DNA from: Alphaproteobacteria bacterium
GTDB lineage: Bacteria; Pseudomonadota; Alphaproteobacteria; SP197
NCBI GenBank assembly: GCA_964291415.2
Contig: OZ219918.1
Span: forward strand, 448,001-512,000
Length of the DNA stretch: 64,000 bases
Direction of reading: 5' to 3'
Below are positions 10,298-19,584 of the stretch, piece after piece. Within the stretch, counting starts at the first letter, position 1. Every line of letters starts with the position of its first letter. The position numbers and the translations under genes are program-made. The notes beneath the pieces were generated by a model, which worked only from the letters and a program-made list of their open reading frames with translations, did not search any database and was not told where the DNA came from.

Positions 10298-13200
10298 ATG
10301 CCGGAAGGCGAGGTCAGCCTCGATGACAAGTACGTCCTTGAAGAAGGACGTGTCTACCTGACGGGCATCCAGGCCCTGGTCCGCCTGCCCCTGGAACAGC
10401 GCCGGCGCGATGCCAGGGCGGGGCTCGACACGGCCGGGTTCATTTCCGGATACCGCGGTTCCCCCCTGGGCGGCTATGACCAGCAGCTCTGGCGCGCCGC
10501 GGCACACCTCGAGACGCACCGCATCCACTTCCAGCCGGGCATCAACGAGGATCTCGCGGCGACAGCCATCTGGGGCAGCCAGCAGGCCCAGTTGTTCGAT
10601 GACGCACGCCATGACGGGGTGTTCGCCTACTGGTATGGCAAGGGACCGGGAGTCGACCGTTCCGGGGACGTCTTCAGACATGGCAATCTGGCCGGATCAG
10701 CGAAACATGGCGGTGTGCTGCTGATTGCCGGCGACGATCACGGCTGCCGGTCCTCGACACTGCCGCACCAGAGCGAACAGGCCTTTGTGGCCGCCGGCAT
10801 TCCGGTTCTCAACCCGGCGGGCGTGGCGGAGATTCTCGATTTCGGCATCATCGGCATGGAAATGTCCCGCTATTCAGGATGCTGGATCGGTTTCAAGACG
10901 ACGGCGGACAACCTCGATGCATCCTCGTCGATCGAACTCGTGCCGGACCGGCCCGTCGTCACACGTCCCTGCGTCGACACGGTGGCGGGGGGACTCAACA
11001 TCCGCTGGCCCGATGATCCGATGCGCCAGGAGGAGCGCCTGCAGGACCACAAGCTCGGCGCCGCCAGGGCCTTTGCCCGGGCGAACCGTCTCGACCGCAT
11101 TGTCGCAGGCAGCCACAAGGCGCGCCTCGGAATCGTGGCGGCCGGGAAGTCCTGGCTCGATCTGGCCCAGGCCCTGGACGATCTCGGACTTGACGCCGCC
11201 GCCATGGTGGCTGTCGGTCTGCGTATCTACAAGGTGGGCATGACGTGGCCTTTGGAGACGGAGGGTCTCGGGGAGTTTGCTGCGGGTCTCGAGGACATTC
11301 TGGTCATCGAGGAAAAGCGCGCTCTCATCGAAACCCAGATCAAGGAGGCTCTCTATCATCTGCCGGCGACGCAGCGGCCACGCGTGAGCGGCAAGCGCGA
11401 TGCTGAAGGAGCACCTCTCGTGGCGTCGGATGGCGAACTGGATCCGTCCATGATCGCCCGCATCATCGCGCCCCGCCTCGACGCGCTCACAGGTTCCACG
11501 ACCTTCAGCGGGCGGTTCCGCGCCCGCCGCCAGCCAGCCCCTGCCGGTGAGCCGCCACCCCTCGAGCGCACGCCCTATTTCTGTGCCGGCTGCCCGCACA
11601 ACACGTCGACCAGGGTGCCTCCGGAAAGCCGGGCCCTGGCCGGCATCGGCTGCCACTACCTGGCGCTCGGCATGAAGAGGAATACCGCGACCTTCACCCA
11701 CATGGGCGCGGAAGGCGCCTCATGGATCGGCCAGGCTCCGTTCGTTGCCACGGACCATGTCTTCGTCAATCTGGGTGACGGCACCTACAGCCACTCAGGC
11801 TTGCTGGCGATCCGCGCCGCCGCGGCGGCAAACGTCAACATCACCTACAAGATCCTGTGCAACGACGCTGTTGCGATGACCGGCGGGCAGAGCGCCGACA
11901 TTGATGTCAGCCCGCCCCGGATCGCCCGCCAGGTGGCTGCGGAGGGAGCACGGGAGATCCGTGTCGTCACCGACGATCCGGCGAAGTATCCGTCGACGAC
12001 GCGCTGGCCAGAGGGCCTGACGGTGCATCATCGCGACGACTTGGAACAGGTCCAGCGCGCCCTGGCGAAGGTTCCCGGCCTGACGGTTCTCATCTACGAC
12101 CAGACCTGTGCCGCGGAGAAGCGCCGGCGTCGCAAGCGCGGCACCATGCCGATCCCTGCACAGCGTGTCGTCATCAACGAGGACGTGTGCGAGGGGTGCG
12201 GCGACTGCGGTCTCAAGTCGAACTGTGTGGCGATCGTTCCGGTGGAGACCCCGTCCGGTCGCAAGCGGCAAATCGATCAGTCGTCGTGCAACATGGACAT
12301 GTCCTGCATCAAGGGATTCTGCCCGGCCCTCGTGACCGTCACCGGTGTCCGGCCGCGCCGCGGCAACAAGGATTCGCTTCATTCCCTGGCGTCAGGACAC
12401 CTGCCGCAACCGGCCGTGGCGCCTCTCGACAGGCCGTGGGACATCGTGGTGGCGGGCATTGGCGGTACCGGGGTGGTCACGGTCGGCGCGCTCCTCGGCA
12501 TGGCGGCCCATGTCGCGGGCAACGGTGTCACGGTTCTCGACATGATCGGCATGGCCCAGAAAGGCGGCGCCGTGGTCAGTCACGTCCGTATCGCCAGGTC
12601 TCCCGGCGAGCTTCACGCGCCGCGGATCACCGACGGCGGGGCCCGCCTGCTGCTCGCCTGCGACATGGTCACAGCGGCGGCGCCGGATACGCTTCGCAAG
12701 CTGGCGCCCGGCACGACCACGGCCGTCGTCAACACCGAGAAGACGATGACGGGCGCCTTTGCCCTCGACCCCGATCTCGAGTATCCGCTTGCGGCCCTCG
12801 AGAAGGCCCTCGGGGAGGCGGTCGGCAGCGCGGCAATCCACGTCGTCGATGCCACGCGCCTCGCCAGAACTCTGCTCGGTGACGGCATCGCCGCCAATCT
12901 CTTCATGCTCGGCTATGCCCTGCAGAAGGGTCTTCTTCCGCTCCCGGGCCACGCCATCGACAGGGCCATCGAACTCAACGGCGTTGCCGTCGAGACCAAC
13001 AGGCAGGCGGTGCTCCTGGGACGGCATGCGGCCCATGACATGGCGGCGGTCCGCAATCTGGTGCCGGCGGGAGAAGAACCGGACACCGGCGATCAGCGGC
13101 CACTCGTGGAGCGCAATGCCGCCTTCCTCGCATCCTGGCAGGACCGTTCCTGGGCCGAGAGGTACCTGGATCTCGTCCATCGCGTCTCGGATGCCGAGCG

Positions 13201-13771
13201 CAGGCTGACACCGGGCAGGGATGGACTTGCCGCTGCCGTTGCCCGCCAGGCCTTCAGGCTGATGTCCTACAAGGACGAATACGAGGTAGCGCGGCTCTAT
13301 GTCGACGGCACATTCGCGAAGAGGCTGAAAGACACCTTCGAGGGCAAACCGTCATTGCAGCTCCACCTGGCGCCGCCCTTGATCTCGCGCCGCGATCCGT
13401 CGACCGGCCACCGGTTGAAGCGGACCTTCGGCAGCTGGATCCTCGTAGTGTTCCGCGGCCTCGCGGCCATGCGGCGGCTGCGTGGCACCGTTCTCGACCC
13501 CTTCGGCTGGCAACGGGAACGGCGCGAGGAACGCAAGCTGATCTCCGATTACTTCGATCTCATGAACGAGGTTGCCATCGCACTGACACCCGCAAACCAC
13601 GCTGCCGCCGTGGACCTTGCCAACGTCCCCTCTCAAATTCGCGGCTTTGGTCACGTCAAGGATGAAGCCATCGCCCGAGCCCGCGCACAGGAAGCCGAAG
13701 CTCTGACCGCATTCCGAAGCGCCACGTCAGAAGACGCCATCCGCAACCCTCTGGCAACGCCGGTTGCCTGA
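10298..13771 (+). CDS. indolepyruvate ferredoxin oxidoreductase, fused alpha/beta
   Basis: SGYRGSPLGG, CAGCPHN, GDGTY.HSG, CEGCGDC..SNC, GIGGTGV, YKDEYEVARL; start at MPEGEVSL (upstream ORF extension is antisense to the aminotransferase). Confidence 0.93.
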   Translation: MPEGEVSLDDKYVLEEGRVYLTGIQALVRLPLEQRRRDARAGLDTAGFISGYRGSPLGGYDQQLWRAAAHLETHRIHFQPGINEDLAATAIWGSQQAQLFDDARHDGVFAYWYGKGPGVDRSGDVFRHGNLAGSAKHGGVLLIAGDDHGCRSSTLPHQSEQAFVAAGIPVLNPAGVAEILDFGIIGMEMSRYSGCWIGFKTTADNLDASSSIELVPDRPVVTRPCVDTVAGGLNIRWPDDPMRQEERLQDHKLGAARAFARANRLDRIVAGSHKARLGIVAAGKSWLDLAQALDDLGLDAAAMVAVGLRIYKVGMTWPLETEGLGEFAAGLEDILVIEEKRALIETQIKEALYHLPATQRPRVSGKRDAEGAPLVASDGELDPSMIARIIAPRLDALTGSTTFSGRFRARRQPAPAGEPPPLERTPYFCAGCPHNTSTRVPPESRALAGIGCHYLALGMKRNTATFTHMGAEGASWIGQAPFVATDHVFVNLGDGTYSHSGLLAIRAAAAANVNITYKILCNDAVAMTGGQSADIDVSPPRIARQVAAEGAREIRVVTDDPAKYPSTTRWPEGLTVHHRDDLEQVQRALAKVPGLTVLIYDQTCAAEKRRRRKRGTMPIPAQRVVINEDVCEGCGDCGLKSNCVAIVPVETPSGRKRQIDQSSCNMDMSCIKGFCPALVTVTGVRPRRGNKDSLHSLASGHLPQPAVAPLDRPWDIVVAGIGGTGVVTVGALLGMAAHVAGNGVTVLDMIGMAQKGGAVVSHVRIARSPGELHAPRITDGGARLLLACDMVTAAAPDTLRKLAPGTTTAVVNTEKTMTGAFALDPDLEYPLAALEKALGEAVGSAAIHVVDATRLARTLLGDGIAANLFMLGYALQKGLLPLPGHAIDRAIELNGVAVETNRQAVLLGRHAAHDMAAVRNLVPAGEEPDTGDQRPLVERNAAFLASWQDRSWAERYLDLVHRVSDAERRLTPGRDGLAAAVARQAFRLMSYKDEYEVARLYVDGTFAKRLKDTFEGKPSLQLHLAPPLISRRDPSTGHRLKRTFGSWILVVFRGLAAMRRLRGTVLDPFGWQRERREERKLISDYFDLMNEVAIALTPANHAAAVDLANVPSQIRGFGHVKDEAIARARAQEAEALTAFRSATSEDAIRNPLATPVA

Positions 13772-14118
13772 GCCTTCATTGTACGGTCGGAACACGCTGA
13801 ACCATCGTTCCATTGGTCTTTCCGGTTCTCGGAGTAGCACCAGCGTGTGTCGGGCCGAACGACAAAGATCGGTTGCAAGGCCGCCCGATCGTTCATTGCT
13901 GAGGTCGGCGTCGGGTGCCTTTGTGTTGGCAGGCGAGTGTCAATCCGTCGTGACGAGGCTCAACACTGGTAGATGCTTGTCGCAAGGCAACGACTTGACA
14001 GGGTCGGGTCCCGATTGAACTTCGGTCACGGGCTGCGCGGGCACCGATGGAAGACGGCGCCCGCCATGTCCGTCAGCAGCTGATGTTTCCTGTCCGGGCT
14101 GGCCATTCAATCAGCGTC

Positions 14119-14985
14119 TCAGAGGATCTCCATCGGTGCCTGGGGTACCTCCTTCCAGAAATCGGGGTCGTGACCGGGGAATATTCGGGCGCCCCTGGCT
14201 CGCATTCGGCGCAGAAGCAGCAGCGAGTCCAGCATCTGCGAACGATCGTGGACCAGCTTCGGCAAATGAAGTTCCTCCAGGGTCTGACGGAAGTAGCAAG
14301 CGTCTGCCGCGAGCACGATGTCACCCGCTTCCAGACGAACCATGAGCGACTGGTGACCGGGAGTGTGACCGAAGGTAGGGATCGTCACCACAGTGCCATC
14401 GCCGAAGACATCATGCTCCCCGTGGACCTGGTGAACCAGGTGACCGTGGTCGTAGTCCTGCAGGTTGTAGGCATTGGCTTCCATAAGTTCGGGCGTATGG
14501 CCTGCCTCCCATTCCCTTTGCTGGATAATGACCTTGGCGTTGGGGATGAGTTCGTTGCCGCCGGAATGATCGAAGTGCAGGTGGCTGTTCACAACGTACG
14601 CAATCTGTTTGGGATCGATCTCGAGCTGATTGAGGCGCGAAGCGATGTCCTCACCGGGCCGGAAGTGAATGTCGAAGAACTTCGCCAGAGCACCGATACG
14701 GCCATGTGGGTCGTGTCCACTTTCGGGATGCAGGCCAGTGTCGAACAGAACATATCCTTTGGGGTGCTGGATCAGGTAGGTCGGGATGGGAAAGCGGATC
14801 CGACCCGACTCGCGTGCAAGCATCATGGAGACGTCAGCGCTGAGCCAGCCGCAGGTCATCGCATAGAGCTTGACAGCGGACGAATGACTCGACGAGCGCG
14901 CAACTGCGGTCGAGCGGGCCCCCTTCAGCGTCTCCCACCAGGCCTGGTTGCGCTCCAGGGCGAGCGCGCTCTCACGTGGGTCCAT
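14119..14985 (-). CDS. N-acyl-homoserine lactonase family metallo-beta-lactamase-fold hydrolase
   Basis: LFDTG, SHLHFDHSGG (HxHxDH), GHTPGHQS, DACY as in the AiiA/AttM family. Confidence 0.85.
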   Translation of the reverse strand: MDPRESALALERNQAWWETLKGARSTAVARSSSHSSAVKLYAMTCGWLSADVSMMLARESGRIRFPIPTYLIQHPKGYVLFDTGLHPESGHDPHGRIGALAKFFDIHFRPGEDIASRLNQLEIDPKQIAYVVNSHLHFDHSGGNELIPNAKVIIQQREWEAGHTPELMEANAYNLQDYDHGHLVHQVHGEHDVFGDGTVVTIPTFGHTPGHQSLMVRLEAGDIVLAADACYFRQTLEELHLPKLVHDRSQMLDSLLLLRRMRARGARIFPGHDPDFWKEVPQAPMEIL

Positions 14986-17002
14986 GGCGCGTTCCGCTTG
15001 TTGTCATAGTGTCTATCCCGTCCGCGGCGCGGGGAATTCCGCCGGTCGCTGCCGAGTCCTCGGTGAGCGCAACAACCTTCTTGGTCGTCGAGGTCGAGAG
15101 TTCCATCCTGTAAGCGAGAAGCCAAATGAGAAGAACGCCCAGCCCCCACCATAAAAGCTGCCAGGCCCAGATGGAGGGCATCCGGAAATCCCAGCCCCCG
15201 TAGCCTGTGTCCGGCGCGCCAAACAGATAGTTGCCAATAACGATGCATGGCCCGACCGCGAAGAACAACCAAATCATCGTTGCGACCCAGGCGAAGGTGA
15301 CGAAGCGCCGCCTTCGCGCGGAGAGGCCGGCGTACTCCGCCAGGAAGCGGTGAATGCGGTAGCGACCCTCTGCACCGTCATCATCGCGTGTCAGGACCGA
15401 ACCAAGAATGCAGACAAGAAGATTGGCGACGAGACCCCAGGCAGCGGCATGGATGGTCCAGGGCCATTGACCCCAGGGCAGTGTGCCGCGAGTGAGCGCC
15501 TGTCCCAGCGGATCGGTCAGAACTACGACAATGGAGCCCACCACAATGCCGGCCGCAACGCCTTGCCGGGTGAACCAGCGGACCCACGCGACGCCCAGCA
15601 GCGCGGGCCAGAGCTGCACAGCGAGCGCCAGAGCCAGCCCGCCGAGCACGACCATGCCGTCGCGCTCGAGAGTTGCCATGAGAAGCGCGGCGACCGTGGC
15701 CAGCAGAGTCGCCACCCGGGCGAAGCGTTTCTGGAGCCGATCGTCGGCATGGGGATTGAAAAAGCGCATGTAGAGATCACGGGTGACGAGTGCGCCGGCA
15801 CTCGCCATGTAGGCGCCGCCTGCGGCCTTGATTGCGGCGATCATGCATACGGTCACGATGCCGAGAAGCCAGGGAGCAGACGCGCCGACAAGGTCGATCA
15901 GGTTCGCGACCAGCCTACCCTCCTCGCCGTTGTCGAGCGGTGGAAGAACGCGTTTCAGTTCCAGGCCTGCGGCGTTGACCTCCGGACTCGCACCTAGCAA
16001 AAGCCCGCCGAGACCCTGCAGTGTGACGAAAACGAAGAGAAGCACTCCCGCCGCACATGCCGACGCCCAGACCTGCTGCGGTGCGAAGGCGCCAGGATCC
16101 CGGCTGGCGAAGGCCCACATGGAGAACGCCGGTGATGCCTGGATGCCCATCAGGGCGACCATGAAGCTCATCACCATGAGACTGGTCCAGGGACCTCCCT
16201 GGGGCACCTCCTTGTTGAGCCCGTCGCTCCATTGCACCACGCCAGGTGTGGCGAACAACCCGTTGAAGTCGCCACCGCCATAGCCCAGTGTCGTTCCCCA
16301 TGGGCCTGTGGGTGTGCTTGCGATCACAGCCAAAGCCCTGTTGAGCGGGTCGAATCCGCCCACGAGATCAAGCGTCACAAGCCCCAGGATGCTGACGCCG
16401 ACAGCGATCAGCAGAGTTTGCAGTGTCGTGACGTACGCCACGGCTCGAAGTCCGCCGAGCGTCACGTAGATGACCAGGACGACGGCAAGGGTCCACATTG
16501 CCAAGTCGCGCGAGAGCAGGCCACCGGTTACGAGACTTATGAGGCCCCCTGCGAAGCCGAACAGCATACCGAGAAACGGGACGGCAAACAGAAGGGCGAC
16601 GATGACTGTGAACACACGGATGATATCGGAGCCGTAGTAGGCCGCGAACATCTCGCCTGGTGTGACGAAACCAAATCGCTTGCCGAGTATCCACTGCCGC
16701 TTGAGGAAGATCACCCCCGTCAGCGGCACGACGACAGCAGCGAATGCGATGTAGCCTGCCTGAAGGCCATCGCGCAGAATTAACGCGGGTCCGCCGATGA
16801 AGAGCCACCCGGCGAACGAGGTCGCCGTGGCCGCCATGACGAAAACCCAGGTGTTGAGACTGCGCCCGGCGACGAAGTAGGCGCTGGCAGTCTTGGCCTC
16901 GCGCGCACCCCTGACTCCCCAGAAAACGCAGTAGCTCCAATAAAGCACGGCGAAGAGGCCAAGCCAAAGCAGTCTCGACCCGTAGAGGCCGCCGTCGGTC
17001 AC
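14972..17002 (-). CDS. sodium:solute symporter (SSS) family transporter
   Basis: YFVAGRSL..W, ATSFAGW.FIGGP, GFVTPGE, YVTLGGLRAVAY; many TMs; start overlaps the LacI stop. Confidence 0.9.
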   Translation of the reverse strand: MTDGGLYGSRLLWLGLFAVLYWSYCVFWGVRGAREAKTASAYFVAGRSLNTWVFVMAATATSFAGWLFIGGPALILRDGLQAGYIAFAAVVVPLTGVIFLKRQWILGKRFGFVTPGEMFAAYYGSDIIRVFTVIVALLFAVPFLGMLFGFAGGLISLVTGGLLSRDLAMWTLAVVLVIYVTLGGLRAVAYVTTLQTLLIAVGVSILGLVTLDLVGGFDPLNRALAVIASTPTGPWGTTLGYGGGDFNGLFATPGVVQWSDGLNKEVPQGGPWTSLMVMSFMVALMGIQASPAFSMWAFASRDPGAFAPQQVWASACAAGVLLFVFVTLQGLGGLLLGASPEVNAAGLELKRVLPPLDNGEEGRLVANLIDLVGASAPWLLGIVTVCMIAAIKAAGGAYMASAGALVTRDLYMRFFNPHADDRLQKRFARVATLLATVAALLMATLERDGMVVLGGLALALAVQLWPALLGVAWVRWFTRQGVAAGIVVGSIVVVLTDPLGQALTRGTLPWGQWPWTIHAAAWGLVANLLVCILGSVLTRDDDGAEGRYRIHRFLAEYAGLSARRRRFVTFAWVATMIWLFFAVGPCIVIGNYLFGAPDTGYGGWDFRMPSIWAWQLLWWGLGVLLIWLLAYRMELSTSTTKKVVALTEDSAATGGIPRAADGIDTMTTSGTRHGPT

Positions 17003-18051
17003 CGGACCATCGCCCCCGCACGCCGGTCGCGATGCGTGTTGCGCGGGATCATTTCGCCTGCAATAGAGCGGTGAACAGGTGCCATGTCGGGATTGTCGTC
17101 GATTTCGCGGATCAACCTTACGGTCTCGGCCGCCATCCGCCGCATCGGATGACGATAGGTGGTCAGCGCATGGGAAGGCCAGCCAGCCATGGCAACGTCA
17201 TCGAATCCGACGACGGAGATGTCACGGGGTACGTCGCGCTTCAGTCCGTGACGCAGTGCATCAACTGTGCCAAAGGCGACGATGTCGTTGGCGCAGAATA
17301 TTGCGTCCAGATCGGGGACGGCGCGGATCAGGCGACAGGCCGCTGCATATCCGTCCTCGTAGGAGAACACCTCGGGAAGGTTGTCCCTGACGATCGTGAG
17401 GCCCGCCTCCGCGCAGCGCTCGACGAAGCCGCTGCCGCGGTCGATCGAGGTTGTCGCGTCGGGCGTACCGGCAATGTAGGCCATGTTGCGGTGGCCGGTT
17501 TCGATGAGGAACTCGGCGATCTCGCGACCGCCCCGCCTGTTGTCGCAGGTCACCGCAAAGGTCTCGGTTTCGGGAATATAGCGGTTGAAGAAGATCAGGT
17601 TGGTTCCGGTATCGATTGTCGCCATGGTGCGCTGGAACGAGACTGTTGCGGTCATGAGGATGATGTACTCGGGCTGATACAGCATGCCCTGTGGCAGCAC
17701 CTCGTCGGTCGTCTTTCCCTCGGGGACGTGAAACAGCATGACTCGGAGGCCGTGTTTTTGAAGTTCGCCGGTCAGGATCGCCATGACCTCTGGAAAGAAC
17801 GGGTTGAAGACGTCCGAGATGAAGATGCTGACGATGCGGGTCTTCTGGGTGATCAGGCTTCGAGCGAAGGGGTTGGGCTGGTATCCCATCGCCTTGGCGC
17901 GTGCGAGGATACGGTCGCGAGTATCCGGGGCGATCTGAGAGTCGGGCGAGAACGCACGCGAGACTGTCGAAATCGACACACCGAGTTCCTCGGCGACGTG
18001 CCGCGCCGCTACCGTCCTGCCGGCTGACTTTGGTTTTCCGGTATTGTCCAT
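16999..18051 (-). CDS. LacI-family transcriptional regulator
   Basis: HTH VAEELGVSISTVSRA, hinge YQPNPFARSL, FCANDIVA, ISVVGFDD. Confidence 0.95.
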   Translation of the reverse strand: MDNTGKPKSAGRTVAARHVAEELGVSISTVSRAFSPDSQIAPDTRDRILARAKAMGYQPNPFARSLITQKTRIVSIFISDVFNPFFPEVMAILTGELQKHGLRVMLFHVPEGKTTDEVLPQGMLYQPEYIILMTATVSFQRTMATIDTGTNLIFFNRYIPETETFAVTCDNRRGGREIAEFLIETGHRNMAYIAGTPDATTSIDRGSGFVERCAEAGLTIVRDNLPEVFSYEDGYAAACRLIRAVPDLDAIFCANDIVAFGTVDALRHGLKRDVPRDISVVGFDDVAMAGWPSHALTTYRHPMRRMAAETVRLIREIDDNPDMAPVHRSIAGEMIPRNTHRDRRAGAMVR

Positions 18052-18172
18052 CGCCCCAGACCCGATCAGCGCTCCTCAGTCACTCTACGCACCGTGCCAA
18101 CACTTCCTCCACCCCGCTCCGTGGAAAACAGCTTACTGATACGGATCACGATTGATTGAGCGTATGCCTGGC

Positions 18173-18242
18173 TGCAAACCTTTGCAAGACGCAAGATACC
18201 ATGTTGCAAAGGTTTGCATTGCCATTGTATCCAATCTAGGCT
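18173..18242 (+). promoter_or_regulatory. two LacI-type operators and a sigma70-like promoter for the ABC-opsin-flotillin operon
   Basis: TGCAAACCTTTGCA (18173-18186) and TGCAAAGGTTTGCA (18205-18218) are near-palindromes and reverse complements of each other. TTGCAT (18214-18219), 17 nt, TAGGCT (18237-18242) overlaps operator 2. Confidence 0.72.
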
Positions 18243-18369
18243 CGTCTCGGGCGAGCAGGGTTCAAGGCTTGTCGTCTGCCGATTCTGAGGGGTTAAGGCC
18301 TGACGCAGGACGGGGAGGCGCGACTGGCTGGCCCAGGTTCATGTTCATACACATTGGGAGGTTAAGGTA

Positions 18370-19542
18370 GTGACACAACTAACGAGAACCGCGGCCGCAC
18401 TGGCCGTCAGTCTGAGTGTCGGGACGGGTGCCGCATTGGCGGAAGGTCTCGACGAATTGCCGGAAGAGATAGTCGCCCGGACCTACAGCTCGGAAATGAT
18501 CGATCCGGCCCAGCCGGTCGAGGCAAGTATCTACCGTGACTGGAAATCACCAAGCGAACCGCCCTGGACGATCGGTTACGCCAGTTCCTATGCCGGTAAC
18601 ACCTGGCGGGCGGCCGTCATGGATCGGCTGATCCAGAGCATTCTGCCCAAGTGGCAGGAACTGGGATTGGTGGACGACGTCTTTGTCACCCAGTCCAACC
18701 TGAACGATTCGGTGCAGATCCAGCAGATGCGCCAGCTTGTTGATCAGGGTGTGGACGCGATCATCGTCTGCTGCTCGAACCCGACAGCACTCAATGCAAC
18801 GGTCAAGTATGCATATGAGCGAGGTGTGCCGACCTTCTCGTTCACCGGTTACCTGACATCACCCTATGCCGTGAACTCGTCAGTGAACTATCAGCTGGCC
18901 GGTTTCGAGATCGGCAAGTGGATGGCCGAAGAGGTTGGCGGTGAAGGAAGCATCCTTGTGGTCGAGGGCATTCCTGGCACTTCCGGTTCTGACTCGCAGC
19001 ACCGCGGCGTCCTGCTCGGTCTCGAGTCATACCCCGACATCGACATTGTCGGCGAGATCGCGGGCATGTGGACAGACCAGGTCGCCCAGGGTGAGGTTCA
19101 GAAGTGGTTGTCCACCAACCCTGGCCAGCTTGACGGCATCGTCGTGCAGTCGGCTGCGGAGATGGGCGTGTTGCGGGCCCTGCAACAATCGGGCCGGGAG
19201 ATGGTTCCTGTGGCGATTGGCGGCGAGCTCGGCGCCCTTTGCTACTGGCGCAAGAACCCTGGCTACATCAGCACGACCTTCCAGGTCTGGCCTCCCGGTG
19301 ATGATTTCGAGCTGATCTGGAACATCATGATGCGGACGCTTCAGGGTCAGGGCCCGAGGGTGCAGTCAATTCTCGTGGATCCATTCGAGTTCACTTATTC
19401 GGATCTCGAGGGTGTCCTCGACGAGAACTGCGACGAGAACTCCCAGCTGTGGCTCGAGGTCGGGCCTGCGGCCTGGGGTGCCGAAGACTATCTCGACCAG
19501 TTCTTCCTGCGTCCCGCAGATCCGACCCAGTACCAGCCCTGA
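18370..19542 (+). CDS. sugar-type ABC transporter substrate-binding protein (RbsB-like)
   Basis: Signal peptide (ALA-E), GNTWR, QIQQMRQLVDQGVDAII, EGIPG; GGGAGG SD before GTG. Confidence 0.9.
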   Translation: MTQLTRTAAALAVSLSVGTGAALAEGLDELPEEIVARTYSSEMIDPAQPVEASIYRDWKSPSEPPWTIGYASSYAGNTWRAAVMDRLIQSILPKWQELGLVDDVFVTQSNLNDSVQIQQMRQLVDQGVDAIIVCCSNPTALNATVKYAYERGVPTFSFTGYLTSPYAVNSSVNYQLAGFEIGKWMAEEVGGEGSILVVEGIPGTSGSDSQHRGVLLGLESYPDIDIVGEIAGMWTDQVAQGEVQKWLSTNPGQLDGIVVQSAAEMGVLRALQQSGREMVPVAIGGELGALCYWRKNPGYISTTFQVWPPGDDFELIWNIMMRTLQGQGPRVQSILVDPFEFTYSDLEGVLDENCDENSQLWLEVGPAAWGAEDYLDQFFLRPADPTQYQP

Positions 19543-19584
19543 TCGGGCCGGTTTCGACTGAGGCCGTTTGACTCCGGATCGCTG

